DNA of 32,000 nucleotides, from positions 1 to 32,000 of the IMG/VR virus record IMGVR_UViG_3300045988_140275. One strand, given 5' to 3'. The notes beneath the pieces are model-generated. The model saw nothing but the letters and a program-made list of their open reading frames with translations. It had not been told where the DNA came from and did no database searches. The translations under genes and the position numbers were made by a program. Source of the DNA: a virus. Shown in pieces: positions 1-7,254 of this stretch; within the stretch, counting starts at the first letter, position 1, and the number at the start of each line of letters is the position of its first letter.

Positions 1-314
1 AAGATGGATACATCACATCTATTAATTCAGATATTTTCTTATCAGAAGAAGAAATTCAAGCAATGTCAAAAATCGACCAAGGTCAAGGCGATAAATACGC
101 TCATGCCCAAAGCCAATATCTAGAAAAAGGATTAGTTGATGAACAAGGAAGATATAACTACAAATATGTAGAAGGTAAAGTGATTGAAGTTGCAGAAGCA
201 GAAAAGCCAACAATTGAAGAACCAAAAGCAGTACCAACTGAGCAAGAAAAGATTAATGCACAATTAATGCTACAGATTGCACAGTTAAAAGCTCAATTGA
301 ATGGGGTGAAGTAG
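1..314 (+). CDS. C-terminal part of a phage tail-region protein (5' end outside the window)
   Basis: The frame of track ORF 63..314 stays open back to base 3, so the gene probably begins upstream of the window. It lies directly before an XkdX-like ORF. No family was recognised. Confidence 0.5.
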   Translation, partial: DGYITSINSDIFLSEEEIQAMSKIDQGQGDKYAHAQSQYLEKGLVDEQGRYNYKYVEGKVIEVAEAEKPTIEEPKAVPTEQEKINAQLMLQIAQLKAQLNGVK

Positions 315-315
315 T

Positions 316-438
316 ATGAGTTATGAATTAATTAAATCGTATTATGAATTAGGCTTATTTACAAAGAGCGACTTAGAAATGTTTGCTTCTATCGGTTGGA
401 TTAGTGTAGAACAAATTGATTCTATTATTAATAAATAG
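316..438 (+). CDS. XkdX-family small phage protein
   Basis: A 40-aa ORF below the track cutoff: MSYELIKSYYELGLFTKSDLEMFASIGWISVEQIDSIINK. Its size, the Y-x-x-G-L-F-T and I-S-x-E-Q pattern and its position after tail-fibre-region genes match PBSX XkdX-type proteins. The ATG is 2 nt after the previous stop. Confidence 0.6.
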   Translation: MSYELIKSYYELGLFTKSDLEMFASIGWISVEQIDSIINK

Positions 439-449
439 GTGATGTTTCT

Positions 450-743
450 ATGAGTGGTGAATATCTTAGTGTTATTATTTCTGCATGCATGCTTGTAATT
501 GCATTTATTACGTATAATCGTGGTACACGCAAGATGGATGGAGAACAAATATCCAATATGGCATTTTTGAAGAATGAATTGGAACATATCAAGTCGGATT
601 TAAGTGATATAAAGAATTCAATTTCAGAAATTAAAAAAGGAAGTAATTTAATGGAAGTGGAGCTTTCAGAACTAAAACAACAAATAAAAACTTTGTTTAA
701 TCGTGTAGAAGCGTTGGAGGAACGTAATAAAAATGGATATTAA
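450..743 (+). CDS. Membrane-anchored coiled-coil protein (lysis-region accessory)
   Basis: The track ORF has an N-terminal hydrophobic segment (YLSVIISACMLVIAFITY) followed by heptad-like ELEHIKSDLSDIKNSISEIK...LSELKQQIKTLFNRVEALEE. The family is not certain. Confidence 0.5.
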   Translation: MSGEYLSVIISACMLVIAFITYNRGTRKMDGEQISNMAFLKNELEHIKSDLSDIKNSISEIKKGSNLMEVELSELKQQIKTLFNRVEALEERNKNGY

Positions 744-966
744 AGATGCAAACAAGAAACTTCAGAATGTAGAAGAAAAAGTAGATAACATTTATGGTTT
801 TTGTTCAAAATTAATTGATCGAAACTATAAAACAAGTAGAACGATTATTACAGTATTGGTTTTAGTGATTATTGTTCTTTATTCTACTATTGTTTGTTGT
901 GGTTATTGGAAAGATGATCATGTGAATAATTGTTCTTGCGAAGCTAATTCAAGCCAACGAATTTAA
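733..966 (+). CDS. Small membrane protein, unknown function
   Basis: The track ORF overlaps the previous gene by 11 nt. It has one clear TM stretch (TIITVLVLVIIVLYSTIVCCGYW). Confidence 0.45.
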   Translation: MDIKDANKKLQNVEEKVDNIYGFCSKLIDRNYKTSRTIITVLVLVIIVLYSTIVCCGYWKDDHVNNCSCEANSSQRI

Positions 967-974
967 TTAAGGCG

Positions 975-1208
975 GTGGTTTATATTAACAAAGCTAACAG
1001 ATTAAAAGAGATACGTCCTAAAGATGCATTAATACTTATCAAATCTGTTGGATTAAGAAAAAAATATGAACAGGTTTTGATTATGAGATACGTATATGAC
1101 ATGTCATGTACCGAAATTGCAGATGCATTATGTGTGGAAGTACAAACCATAAGGAACAGAGTATGCAAAGCAAGAAAAATGTTCGATAAATATGTGAGCA
1201 ATCTATAA
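975..1208 (+). CDS. Stand-alone sigma-70 region-4-like HTH protein
   Basis: RKKYEQVLIMRYVYDMSCTEIADALCVEVQTIRNRVCKARKMF has the region 4.2/LuxR-type HTH pattern. The GTG start lies inside AAGGCGGTGG, so the exact start is uncertain. Confidence 0.6.
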   Translation: MVYINKANRLKEIRPKDALILIKSVGLRKKYEQVLIMRYVYDMSCTEIADALCVEVQTIRNRVCKARKMFDKYVSNL

Positions 1209-1228
1209 TGATTGCTCATTTTATTTTG

Positions 1229-1313
1229 GGTATTTTATGAGTATTATTCGAGTATTAAATTATTTGTTGCGTAACCATATAATTAAAGCGTAAAGATAAA
1301 ACGTAAAGATAAA
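1229..1313 (+). promoter_or_regulatory. Short tandem repeats upstream of the 1333 gene
   Basis: Three 11-bp-phased units are present: GGTATTTTA at 1229, AGTATTAT at 1240 and AGTATTAA at 1251. Two 13-bp units RCGTAAAGATAAA lie at 1288-1300 and 1301-1313, followed by a partial GCGTTAAG. All sit in the 1209-1332 intergenic region. Confidence 0.4.
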
Positions 1314-1332
1314 GCGTTAAGAGGTGGTTGAA

Positions 1333-1773
1333 ATGTATAACAATTATAATCCAGCACAAGCACGAATTGACAGTTTGATGCAACAAAGACAAATGATAGA
1401 TCAACAAATTCAGCAAGTACAACAGTATGCAAATATTCCACCTATCAACATTAATAGTCAGATTACACCACAACAACAAGGTAATTTTGATTTTAATGGA
1501 AAATGGGTGAACGATGAGCAGGAAGCTAGAAACTTTGCGAATGCAAATTTACCAACGATTTTATTTGATAACAATAAGTCTATTTTTTATATGAAATCTT
1601 TAGATGGAACATTTAAAAAATTTAAATTCGAAGAAATCACGGAAGATGCTTCTAACAGTATAGAAAATCGTGTAAATGGAATCGAAAAGAAATTAGATGA
1701 TTTGATATGTGCATTAAGCAAACCACCAAAACAAGCTAATGAGCAACCAAAGAAAGGAGCACAAACAAAATGA
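1333..1773 (+). CDS. Gln-rich hypothetical protein
   Basis: This is track ORF 1324..1773, but GTG 1324 sits inside the SD AAGAGGTGG. ATG 1333 follows it at about 5-nt spacing. The N-terminal Q-rich segment is QQRQMIDQQIQQVQQ. No family was recognised. Confidence 0.6.
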   Translation: MYNNYNPAQARIDSLMQQRQMIDQQIQQVQQYANIPPININSQITPQQQGNFDFNGKWVNDEQEARNFANANLPTILFDNNKSIFYMKSLDGTFKKFKFEEITEDASNSIENRVNGIEKKLDDLICALSKPPKQANEQPKKGAQTK

Positions 1774-2012
1774 ATCCTTTAAAAAGTATTATGGGAAATA
1801 TGAATCCAATGAATATGATGAATATGGGAAATCCCCAACAAATGTTAATGAATATGTTGTCACAGAAAAATCCACAAGCATTTCAACAATTTCAAATGCT
1901 TATGAACAGTGGTCAAAATCCACAAGCGATTTTAAATCAGATGATGGGTAATTTAAATCCACAACAAAAGCAACAACTGCAACAAATGGCAAAACAGTTT
2001 GGAATCAGGTAA
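1770..2012 (+). CDS. Met/Asn/Gln-rich low-complexity protein
   Basis: The ATGA overlaps the previous stop. Composition is extreme (MGNMNPMNMMNMGNPQQMLMNMLSQKNPQAFQQFQMLMNSGQNPQ...). It is coupled into the gene train. Confidence 0.55.
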   Translation: MNPLKSIMGNMNPMNMMNMGNPQQMLMNMLSQKNPQAFQQFQMLMNSGQNPQAILNQMMGNLNPQQKQQLQQMAKQFGIR

Positions 2013-2053
2013 CAACGGATAAACCGTTATTATAGAAAGAAAGGAGAACATAT

Positions 2054-2686
2054 ATGATGGAAAATGGAATGGGAATTCAACCAACTTACAACTTAGCTGA
2101 AAGAGATGACGGCTTTGGAAACGGCGGAGGTTGGTGGATTTGGATCTTGCTAATCTTCGTATTATTTGGATATGGAGGATATGGAGGATATGGCAACGGA
2201 AACCTAGCAAATGATTCTTTATTAAATGAAGAATTCATTAAACGAGACATTTTTAACACAAACACAAATGTATCTCAAACAGGTTGCCAAACTCAACGAG
2301 ACGTACTAGAAAGTCGCTATACTAATCAGTTAGGACTTCAAAACTTGCAAGCTCAGCAACAAGAATGTTGCTGCAACACTCAACGTGCAATTGACAATGT
2401 AAATGTTCAAAGTTTCAAAAACACTTGTGACATTACAACAGCAATTCATTCAGAAGGTGAAGCAACACGTGCATTGATCAATGCAAACACTATGCAAGAA
2501 TTACGTGATCGTTTAGCTGATCGTGATCGTGATTTATTAACGGCTAATTTCCAATTAAGTCAACAGGCACAATCAGCAAACATTATTAATACTTTGCAAC
2601 CAACACCAAAACCAGCTTACATTACATGTTCACCATATTACGCTTATAACAACGTATGTGGATGTAATGGCTACAACAACTTATAA
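2054..2686 (+). CDS. Gly/Tyr-rich membrane protein with a Cys-rich coiled region
   Basis: The SD AAAGGAGAA lies 5 nt upstream of the ATG. The protein has GNGGGWWIWILLIFVLFGYGGYGGYGNG (TM plus GY repeats), an internal C-x-TQR repeat (GCQTQRDV / CCNTQRAI) and a C-terminal CGCNGYNNL. A hairpin terminator follows. Confidence 0.65.
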   Translation: MMENGMGIQPTYNLAERDDGFGNGGGWWIWILLIFVLFGYGGYGGYGNGNLANDSLLNEEFIKRDIFNTNTNVSQTGCQTQRDVLESRYTNQLGLQNLQAQQQECCCNTQRAIDNVNVQSFKNTCDITTAIHSEGEATRALINANTMQELRDRLADRDRDLLTANFQLSQQAQSANIINTLQPTPKPAYITCSPYYAYNNVCGCNGYNNL

Positions 2687-2727
2687 TCTAGCACATATGT
2701 GATTAGGCAATTGCCTTTGGATTTAAC

Positions 2728-2756
2728 GGGATAGTCGAAAGGCTATCCCTATTTTT
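2728..2756 (+). terminator. Rho-independent terminator
   Basis: The stem is GGGATAG (2728-2734) / CTATCCC (2743-2749), followed by TATTTTT. Confidence 0.6.
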
Positions 2757-2774
2757 AATAGGAGGATAAAAGAA

Positions 2775-3194
2775 ATGATTAATAGTATTGCTACGGCTGT
2801 TCAGACAGTCGATAATTCAAATAATGTATTGTTTCCTACAGATCGTGTAAGAAGCAAATCATGCCAGTGTCCATGTAAAGGATGGTTGGCACATGATCTA
2901 GGAAGTGGATTGTTTACACTAACAAAGCCAGGTATCTATGAAGTAACTTATACTGCGGATATTACGAGTGCAGCGGCAGGACAAGCTTCTTTAGTGCTTG
3001 AACTAAATGGAGAAGCAATTGGTGGAACACAATCTATTTATACTGTTGCAACTGCAAGTGCGTATGGAAATGTAAATGGAGACACTCTAATTCAAGTTCC
3101 ATGTGGCGCATCTTATACAATTGCATTAGCAAATGACAGTGGTTTAGATCTATCTGTTCAAAATGCAAACATCATCATTAAAAAGATTGCGTAG
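2775..3194 (+). CDS. C1q/TNF-like (BclA C-terminal-domain-like) jelly-roll protein
   Basis: The SD is AGGAGGATAAAAGAA-ATG. The pattern GLFTLTKPGIYEVTYTADI...ASLVLELNGEAIGGT...GDTLIQVPCGASYTIALAND...NANIIIKKI resembles the beta-sandwich head of BclA/C1q-like proteins. It lacks collagen repeats. Confidence 0.5.
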   Translation: MINSIATAVQTVDNSNNVLFPTDRVRSKSCQCPCKGWLAHDLGSGLFTLTKPGIYEVTYTADITSAAAGQASLVLELNGEAIGGTQSIYTVATASAYGNVNGDTLIQVPCGASYTIALANDSGLDLSVQNANIIIKKIA

Positions 3195-3677
3195 GTGAAA
3201 TATATGCATAAAGCAATGGAAGTTAATGAAAAGATAATGCATGAATCAGTAAACATGTTAGAGAAGTATGGATATGCAGAATCTTATTTCCATGCATTAT
3301 CTCAAGCTTTAGATAATATCAAAGACATTGAAACTATAGAAGCAATGAGAAATAAATATCAAATTGAGATAGGAAAAGATGGAGTTTCAACTGTAGCTCG
3401 ATTAAAAGAAGATAATGATGGATATAATATTCATGATCCAGAAACAGAAGATATTGTTTATAAGCTTGCAGAACATCTGAAAAAATATAAAGCGTTCAAA
3501 GAAGAATATGAGCGTACAAAAGGCGAAATGGATTTAGAAAAGTCTCATCGTGAATTAGATAAGACTATGAAATGTATGCAACAAATCGTAACTATGATTC
3601 ATGAATGCGTTGATTCAGATGAAGAAAAAACAATGATTAAGACACATATACGAGACATGTTTAATATGTATCAATAA
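3195..3677 (+). CDS. Hypothetical helical acidic protein
   Basis: The track ORF has a GTG start abutting the previous stop, with an alternative ATG at 3204. No family was recognised. Confidence 0.5.
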   Translation: MKYMHKAMEVNEKIMHESVNMLEKYGYAESYFHALSQALDNIKDIETIEAMRNKYQIEIGKDGVSTVARLKEDNDGYNIHDPETEDIVYKLAEHLKKYKAFKEEYERTKGEMDLEKSHRELDKTMKCMQQIVTMIHECVDSDEEKTMIKTHIRDMFNMYQ

Positions 3678-3702
3678 GGCCGTTAAATGCGGTCTTTTAT
3701 TT
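3678..3702 (+). terminator. Weak hairpin terminator after the 3195..3677 gene
   Basis: GGCCG (3678-3682) pairs with CGGTC (3690-3694), including one G-T pair, and is followed by TTTTATTTT. Confidence 0.4.
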
Positions 3703-3735
3703 TGTACAGTGTACAAACGATTTAAATACTATCAT
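3699..3735 (+). promoter_or_regulatory. Palindrome-containing late promoter-like element (prophage A copy)
   Basis: ATTTTGTACAGTGTACAAA (3699-3717) contains the perfect palindrome TTGTACA-G-TGTACAA. TATCAT (3730-3735) follows after exactly 12 nt. The identical 19-mer and spacing occur at 25220-25256 in prophage B. Confidence 0.5.
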
Positions 3736-3756
3736 TAGGATAGGAGGTATTTGTAA

Positions 3757-3978
3757 ATGAAAAAATATAGTAAAGAATGGTGGATTCAATATGGCTATTA
3801 TGCAAGTATTAGAGCATTGAAGACAATTGCTCAAACTGCTGTTGGTGTTATTGGAGCATCTGCATTATTGGAAGCCGTTGATTGGCGAGTTGTAATTTCG
3901 TCAGCGGTTTTGTCAGGCATCGTCTCGTTGCTGACTAGTATTGGCGGATTACCTGAAATTAGTGTACCGGAGGAATAA
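3757..3978 (+). CDS. Holin
   Basis: The protein is 73 aa with two hydrophobic helices (LKTIAQTAVGVIGASALL and VVISSAVLSGIVSLLTSIGGL). The SD AGGAGG lies upstream. It sits directly before the endolysin. Confidence 0.8.
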   Translation: MKKYSKEWWIQYGYYASIRALKTIAQTAVGVIGASALLEAVDWRVVISSAVLSGIVSLLTSIGGLPEISVPEE

Positions 3979-3980
3979 TA

Positions 3981-4094
3981 ATGAATGATGAAGAAAAAGT
4001 AGTAGATTATGAGAATCTATCAGAAGAAGCAAAAGAAGAATTAAGCAATGGCAAGGAAGAAGGTGTAGATGAAGAATGTCATATTCCGGATTAG
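3981..4094 (+). CDS. Possible 37-aa highly acidic peptide between holin and endolysin
   Basis: The sequence is MNDEEKVVDYENLSEEAKEELSNGKEEGVDEECHIPD. GGAGG lies 7 nt upstream of the ATG. It overlaps the endolysin start by 19 nt and is below the track cutoff. Confidence 0.35.
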   Translation: MNDEEKVVDYENLSEEAKEELSNGKEEGVDEECHIPD

Positions 4095-5152
4095 CAACAT
4101 ATTGTAACAGAACATCACAACATTATGATGGTCGTTTTGGATATAAGGTTTGTAAAATCACTCCACACTACATGGCTGCGGCATGGAGTGGTAAACAATG
4201 TGCAGATTATTTTGCACGAAATACTCGTCAAGCATCTTCCAATTATTGTATTGGAATTAATGGAGACATTGCATGCAGTGTTGATGAAGAAAATGCTGCA
4301 TGGACAAGTTCAAATTGGTTGAATGATTCTCAATCAATTACAATTGAATGTGGAAACATTAATAACGCAACTGGAGAAATGACGGAAGCTACTTGGGATA
4401 GCTTGGTGAATCTATGTGTTGATATTTGTAAACGATATGGATTTAGATTGAACTATACAGGAAATTCTAGCGGATCATTGACTATGCACAAAATGTTTGC
4501 GGCTACATCATGCCCTGGAGCATGGTTGGAAGCACGTATGCCACAATTGGCTAATGAAGTAAATGCAAAGTTAGATGGAAAGGTTGAAACACCAAAACCT
4601 ACAACTCCAAGTGGAGAAAAATATTCAGTTAATTTACCTATCTGTACGAACACATTGAGTGTGAATTGCTACGGAACTTCTACAGTTAAAAAAGGTGATT
4701 GGTCAGGTGTCATTGGTAGAGTAATTAAAGGAACAAAATATCCATATCGTATTGATCGTAATGGGGTAGCGATTGGATGGACGAATGATGCGGGTATTGA
4801 TACAGACCCTCACACACCAGTAGGCACTACACAGTCTAGCTCGGAAGCTATCGACCAAATCTTGCATGAAGGAAGCTATGTTACATCTGTGCACATGAAA
4901 ATCGGCAATCAAGGTTTGAAGAAAATCGGCGATGATTTATGTGCATACCTATCACAATTAGGTGGTTGGTTTCCTATTCGTATGGTAGATAAAGTACCAA
5001 ATTCAGATGGATATAATGACAATGTACTGCATACCACAAATGCAGTAGTCTACGTATCTAGAATCAGAGTCGATGCAGTGAATGTTCAAAAGAATATTGT
5101 CAAGATTGGTGGTGTTTGGGTTGATCCAACACCGTTAACAGAAATTGAATAA
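4076..5152 (+). CDS. Endolysin: N-acetylmuramoyl-L-alanine amidase (Amidase_2/PGRP type) with a C-terminal wall-binding region
   Basis: N-terminal motifs are ITPHYMA, NYCIGINGDI..VDEENAAW, SITIEC and HKMFAATSCPG. A Pro/Thr linker (KVETPKPTTPSGEK) is followed by about 170 aa of probable SH3-like binding domain. The gene is adjacent to the holin. Confidence 0.9.
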   Translation: MSYSGLATYCNRTSQHYDGRFGYKVCKITPHYMAAAWSGKQCADYFARNTRQASSNYCIGINGDIACSVDEENAAWTSSNWLNDSQSITIECGNINNATGEMTEATWDSLVNLCVDICKRYGFRLNYTGNSSGSLTMHKMFAATSCPGAWLEARMPQLANEVNAKLDGKVETPKPTTPSGEKYSVNLPICTNTLSVNCYGTSTVKKGDWSGVIGRVIKGTKYPYRIDRNGVAIGWTNDAGIDTDPHTPVGTTQSSSEAIDQILHEGSYVTSVHMKIGNQGLKKIGDDLCAYLSQLGGWFPIRMVDKVPNSDGYNDNVLHTTNAVVYVSRIRVDAVNVQKNIVKIGGVWVDPTPLTEIE

Positions 5153-5174
5153 AATAAAAAATATAAAAAATTGT

Positions 5175-5203
5175 TTGACATAATATAGTTTATACTGTAT
5201 TAT
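5175..5203 (+). promoter_or_regulatory. Consensus sigma-A-type promoter at the extreme end of prophage A, reading towards the tRNAs
   Basis: TTGACA (5175-5180), a 17-nt spacer and TATTAT (5198-5203). No ORF follows; the next genes are the tRNA-Asp/tRNA-Gly pair about 150 nt downstream. Confidence 0.6.
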
Positions 5204-5321
5204 CTTTCTTGCGGAAGCAGTGAGGTACATTTTGGGGTACAAAACAACAAAGTGCTATCAAAACACGTAGATAACGATGTAAATAACATCAAATATCAAT
5301 AGATATGAGGTATTTATATAA

Positions 5322-5340
5322 TCCCCTCATCTGCTCCATT
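5322..5340 (+). repeat. att core copy (partial tRNA-Gly 3' end), putative attR of prophage A
   Basis: TCCCCTCATCTGCTCCATT is identical to 5493-5511, the T-arm 3' half, acceptor 3' strand and CCA of the tRNA-Gly. Confidence 0.75.
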
Positions 5341-5354
5341 TAAAATTAAATATT

Positions 5355-5430
5355 GGTCCAGTGGTGTAGTGGTTAACATGCCTCCCTGTCACGGAGGAGA
5401 TCGTGGGTTCGAGTCCCATCTGGACCGCCA
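5355..5430 (+). tRNA. tRNA-Asp (anticodon GTC)
   Basis: A manual cloverleaf fits: acceptor GGTCCAG/CTGGACC, D stem GTGT/ACAT, anticodon stem CCTCC/GGAGG with loop CTGTCAC, T stem GTGGG/CCCAT with loop TTCGAGT, and an encoded CCA. Confidence 0.93.
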
Positions 5431-5435
5431 TTCAT

Positions 5436-5509
5436 GCAGATGTAGTTCAATGGTAGAACACAGCCTTGCCAAGGCTGATACGGGGGTTCAATTCCCCTCA
5501 TCTGCTCCA
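5436..5509 (+). tRNA. tRNA-Gly (anticodon GCC)
   Basis: A manual cloverleaf fits: acceptor GCAGATG/CATCTGC, D stem GTTC/GAAC, anticodon stem CAGCC/GGCTG with loop TTGCCAA, T stem GGGGG/CCCCT with loop TTCAATT, and an encoded CCA. Confidence 0.93.
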
Positions 5510-5511
5510 TT
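5493..5511 (+). repeat. att core inside tRNA-Gly, putative attL of prophage B
   Basis: This is the same 19-mer as 5322-5340. An integrase gene begins 127 nt downstream. Confidence 0.7.
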
Positions 5512-5518
5512 GAAATTT

Positions 5519-5545
5519 AAGCCTTTATTTAAAGGCTTTTTTATT
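5519..5545 (+). terminator. Rho-independent terminator after tRNA-Gly
   Basis: AAGCCTTT (5519-5526), ATTT loop and AAAGGCTT (5531-5538), followed by a T-run. Confidence 0.7.
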
Positions 5546-5637
5546 TGTCCTGGGGTATATTGGGGTATAATTTGACATTAAAATATTGAATTATACCTCT
5601 TTTTTGCATATTATGGACATATAAGAGGGCACAAAAA

Positions 5638-6735
5638 ATGGCAGTGGAATTAGATAAGAAGACAGGAAAATATATGTTTGCCGGAAAAATATATAAAGAT
5701 GGTAAATGTATAAAGAGATATCGTAAGCGTGGTTTTGATTCTAAATGGGAAGCGCAAAAAGCTGAGGTTGAATTCAGGAAAGATTTCTTTATGCTTCCAT
5801 CAGACATGAATTTTGACAGACTGTATAAAGCTTTTAAAGAATATAATAAAAAGTATGTAAAAGAATCAACACTAAAATCAGATGAATATTTGTATAATGT
5901 TCTTTCTAAGGAAATGAAAGATATTGATTTTCTAGATAAAAGACAAATGCAAAAATTGATCAACAAATTTGATGAGAAATATTCAAAGGCATATGTATCA
6001 AGAATATATTTCTTTTTAAATAAGCTATATAAATTTGGTGTTACTTCTGAATACATCCAATCAAATCCAATGACATATGTGAAACGAGATCTTAGATTGA
6101 ACGAAAGAAAAGAAGAAATGACAATATGGCAGCAATATGATTTTGATTTGTTTATTGAAGAAGTAGATGAACAAATGATGAAATGCTTTTATTCTGTTTT
6201 ATTCTATATGGGATTACGAAAAGGTGAAGCAATGGCCCTACAATGGAAGGACATTGATTTTAGAAAACAGACGATAGATATTAACAAAACATATAGATAC
6301 AAAGAGAAAGATCCTAATAAATGGCTTACACCACCAAAAACAAATAATAGCTATAGAACTATCACAATGCCTAATACATTGTCTAAAATGCTTCGAGAAT
6401 GGTTTTTAGAATGTTCTAAATGGGATGATTTCACAAAAGACAAATTTGTGTTTGGATATTATAAACCAATATCACCTCAGACAGTACAAAGAAGATTTGA
6501 TGATGCATATAATAAGGCAAAAGAAAAAGATGATGGATTGCCTAAAATAAGAATTCATGATTTTAGACATTCACACGCATCATTTCTAATTAATAACATG
6601 GCAGGAGCTGGATTCTCAGATTTTGATATAGCCAAACGCTTAGGAGATACGGTTGAAACATTGCACAATACATATGCACACTGGTTTGATACAAAAGACA
6701 AGAGCATTGTAGATATGATGAATAAGTTGTTATAA
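5638..6735 (+). CDS. int: Tyrosine integrase
   Basis: Catalytic motifs are present: GLRKGEAMAL (Arg), IRIHDFRHSHASFLI (H-x-x-R) and LGDTVETLHNTYAHW (His/Tyr). It lies next to the tRNA att core. Confidence 0.92.
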   Translation: MAVELDKKTGKYMFAGKIYKDGKCIKRYRKRGFDSKWEAQKAEVEFRKDFFMLPSDMNFDRLYKAFKEYNKKYVKESTLKSDEYLYNVLSKEMKDIDFLDKRQMQKLINKFDEKYSKAYVSRIYFFLNKLYKFGVTSEYIQSNPMTYVKRDLRLNERKEEMTIWQQYDFDLFIEEVDEQMMKCFYSVLFYMGLRKGEAMALQWKDIDFRKQTIDINKTYRYKEKDPNKWLTPPKTNNSYRTITMPNTLSKMLREWFLECSKWDDFTKDKFVFGYYKPISPQTVQRRFDDAYNKAKEKDDGLPKIRIHDFRHSHASFLINNMAGAGFSDFDIAKRLGDTVETLHNTYAHWFDTKDKSIVDMMNKLL

Positions 6736-6756
6736 ATAGACATAAATAATGTCGAT

Positions 6757-7227
6757 ATGAAAATTAATATAGAGGTGCACGAGGAAATGAAAGAAGAAGA
6801 AATCAGAAAATTATTAGATGGATTTAAGAGATTACAGGAAAAACAAATTGAAATTCCAAATCCAGCTGAAAGTAATGAATATGAAGCTTATCTTATAGAA
6901 GAATTTAAACATAAATTCAAAATTATTTTGCGTAGAGGTAACAGACAACCTGATAAACTAACATATCTTGCCTTAGATAAAGAAGCAAAATTACCTTTGA
7001 TGCGATTGGATGTAGTTCCTAATAACCACGCTCATAAAAATCCGGATGGTGAAATTATTTATGGAACTCATCTACATGTATTTACCGAACAATACCAAGA
7101 TAAATATGCAACAAAGTTTGATATCAATAATCCTAACTTGGTAAACTATTGTGTAGAATTTTTAAAAAGATTTAAAGTAATTGAATTAAGCAAAAATAGC
7201 GTGGTGGAAATGCCTAGATTTTGTTAA
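6757..7227 (+). CDS. Hypothetical protein with a His cluster (VVPNNHAHKNPDGEIIYGTHLHVF)
   Basis: Track ORF. ATG 6757 has no SD; ATG 6787 is preceded by GAGGTG at 9-nt spacing and may be the real start. No family was confidently recognised. Confidence 0.6.
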   Translation: MKINIEVHEEMKEEEIRKLLDGFKRLQEKQIEIPNPAESNEYEAYLIEEFKHKFKIILRRGNRQPDKLTYLALDKEAKLPLMRLDVVPNNHAHKNPDGEIIYGTHLHVFTEQYQDKYATKFDINNPNLVNYCVEFLKRFKVIELSKNSVVEMPRFC

Positions 7228-7254
7228 AATGTTTTTGTAGGGAGGAATGTTGTT

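Larger units (their letters stand above)
1..5340 (+). mobile_element. Prophage A, late right-hand end (tail-region genes, cargo cluster, holin/endolysin), ending at a partial tRNA-Gly copy
   Basis: The phage late genes are co-directional (XkdX-like ORF, holin, amidase endolysin). The 19 bp at 5322-5340 duplicate the 3' end of the tRNA-Gly at 5436-5509, as expected for an attR. The left boundary is outside the window. Confidence 0.75.

Noticed and set aside
5369-5575. 68-aa track ORF across the tRNA region.
   Set aside because: It is simply a translation of tRNA-Asp, tRNA-Gly and the terminator. Both tRNAs fold into full cloverleaves.
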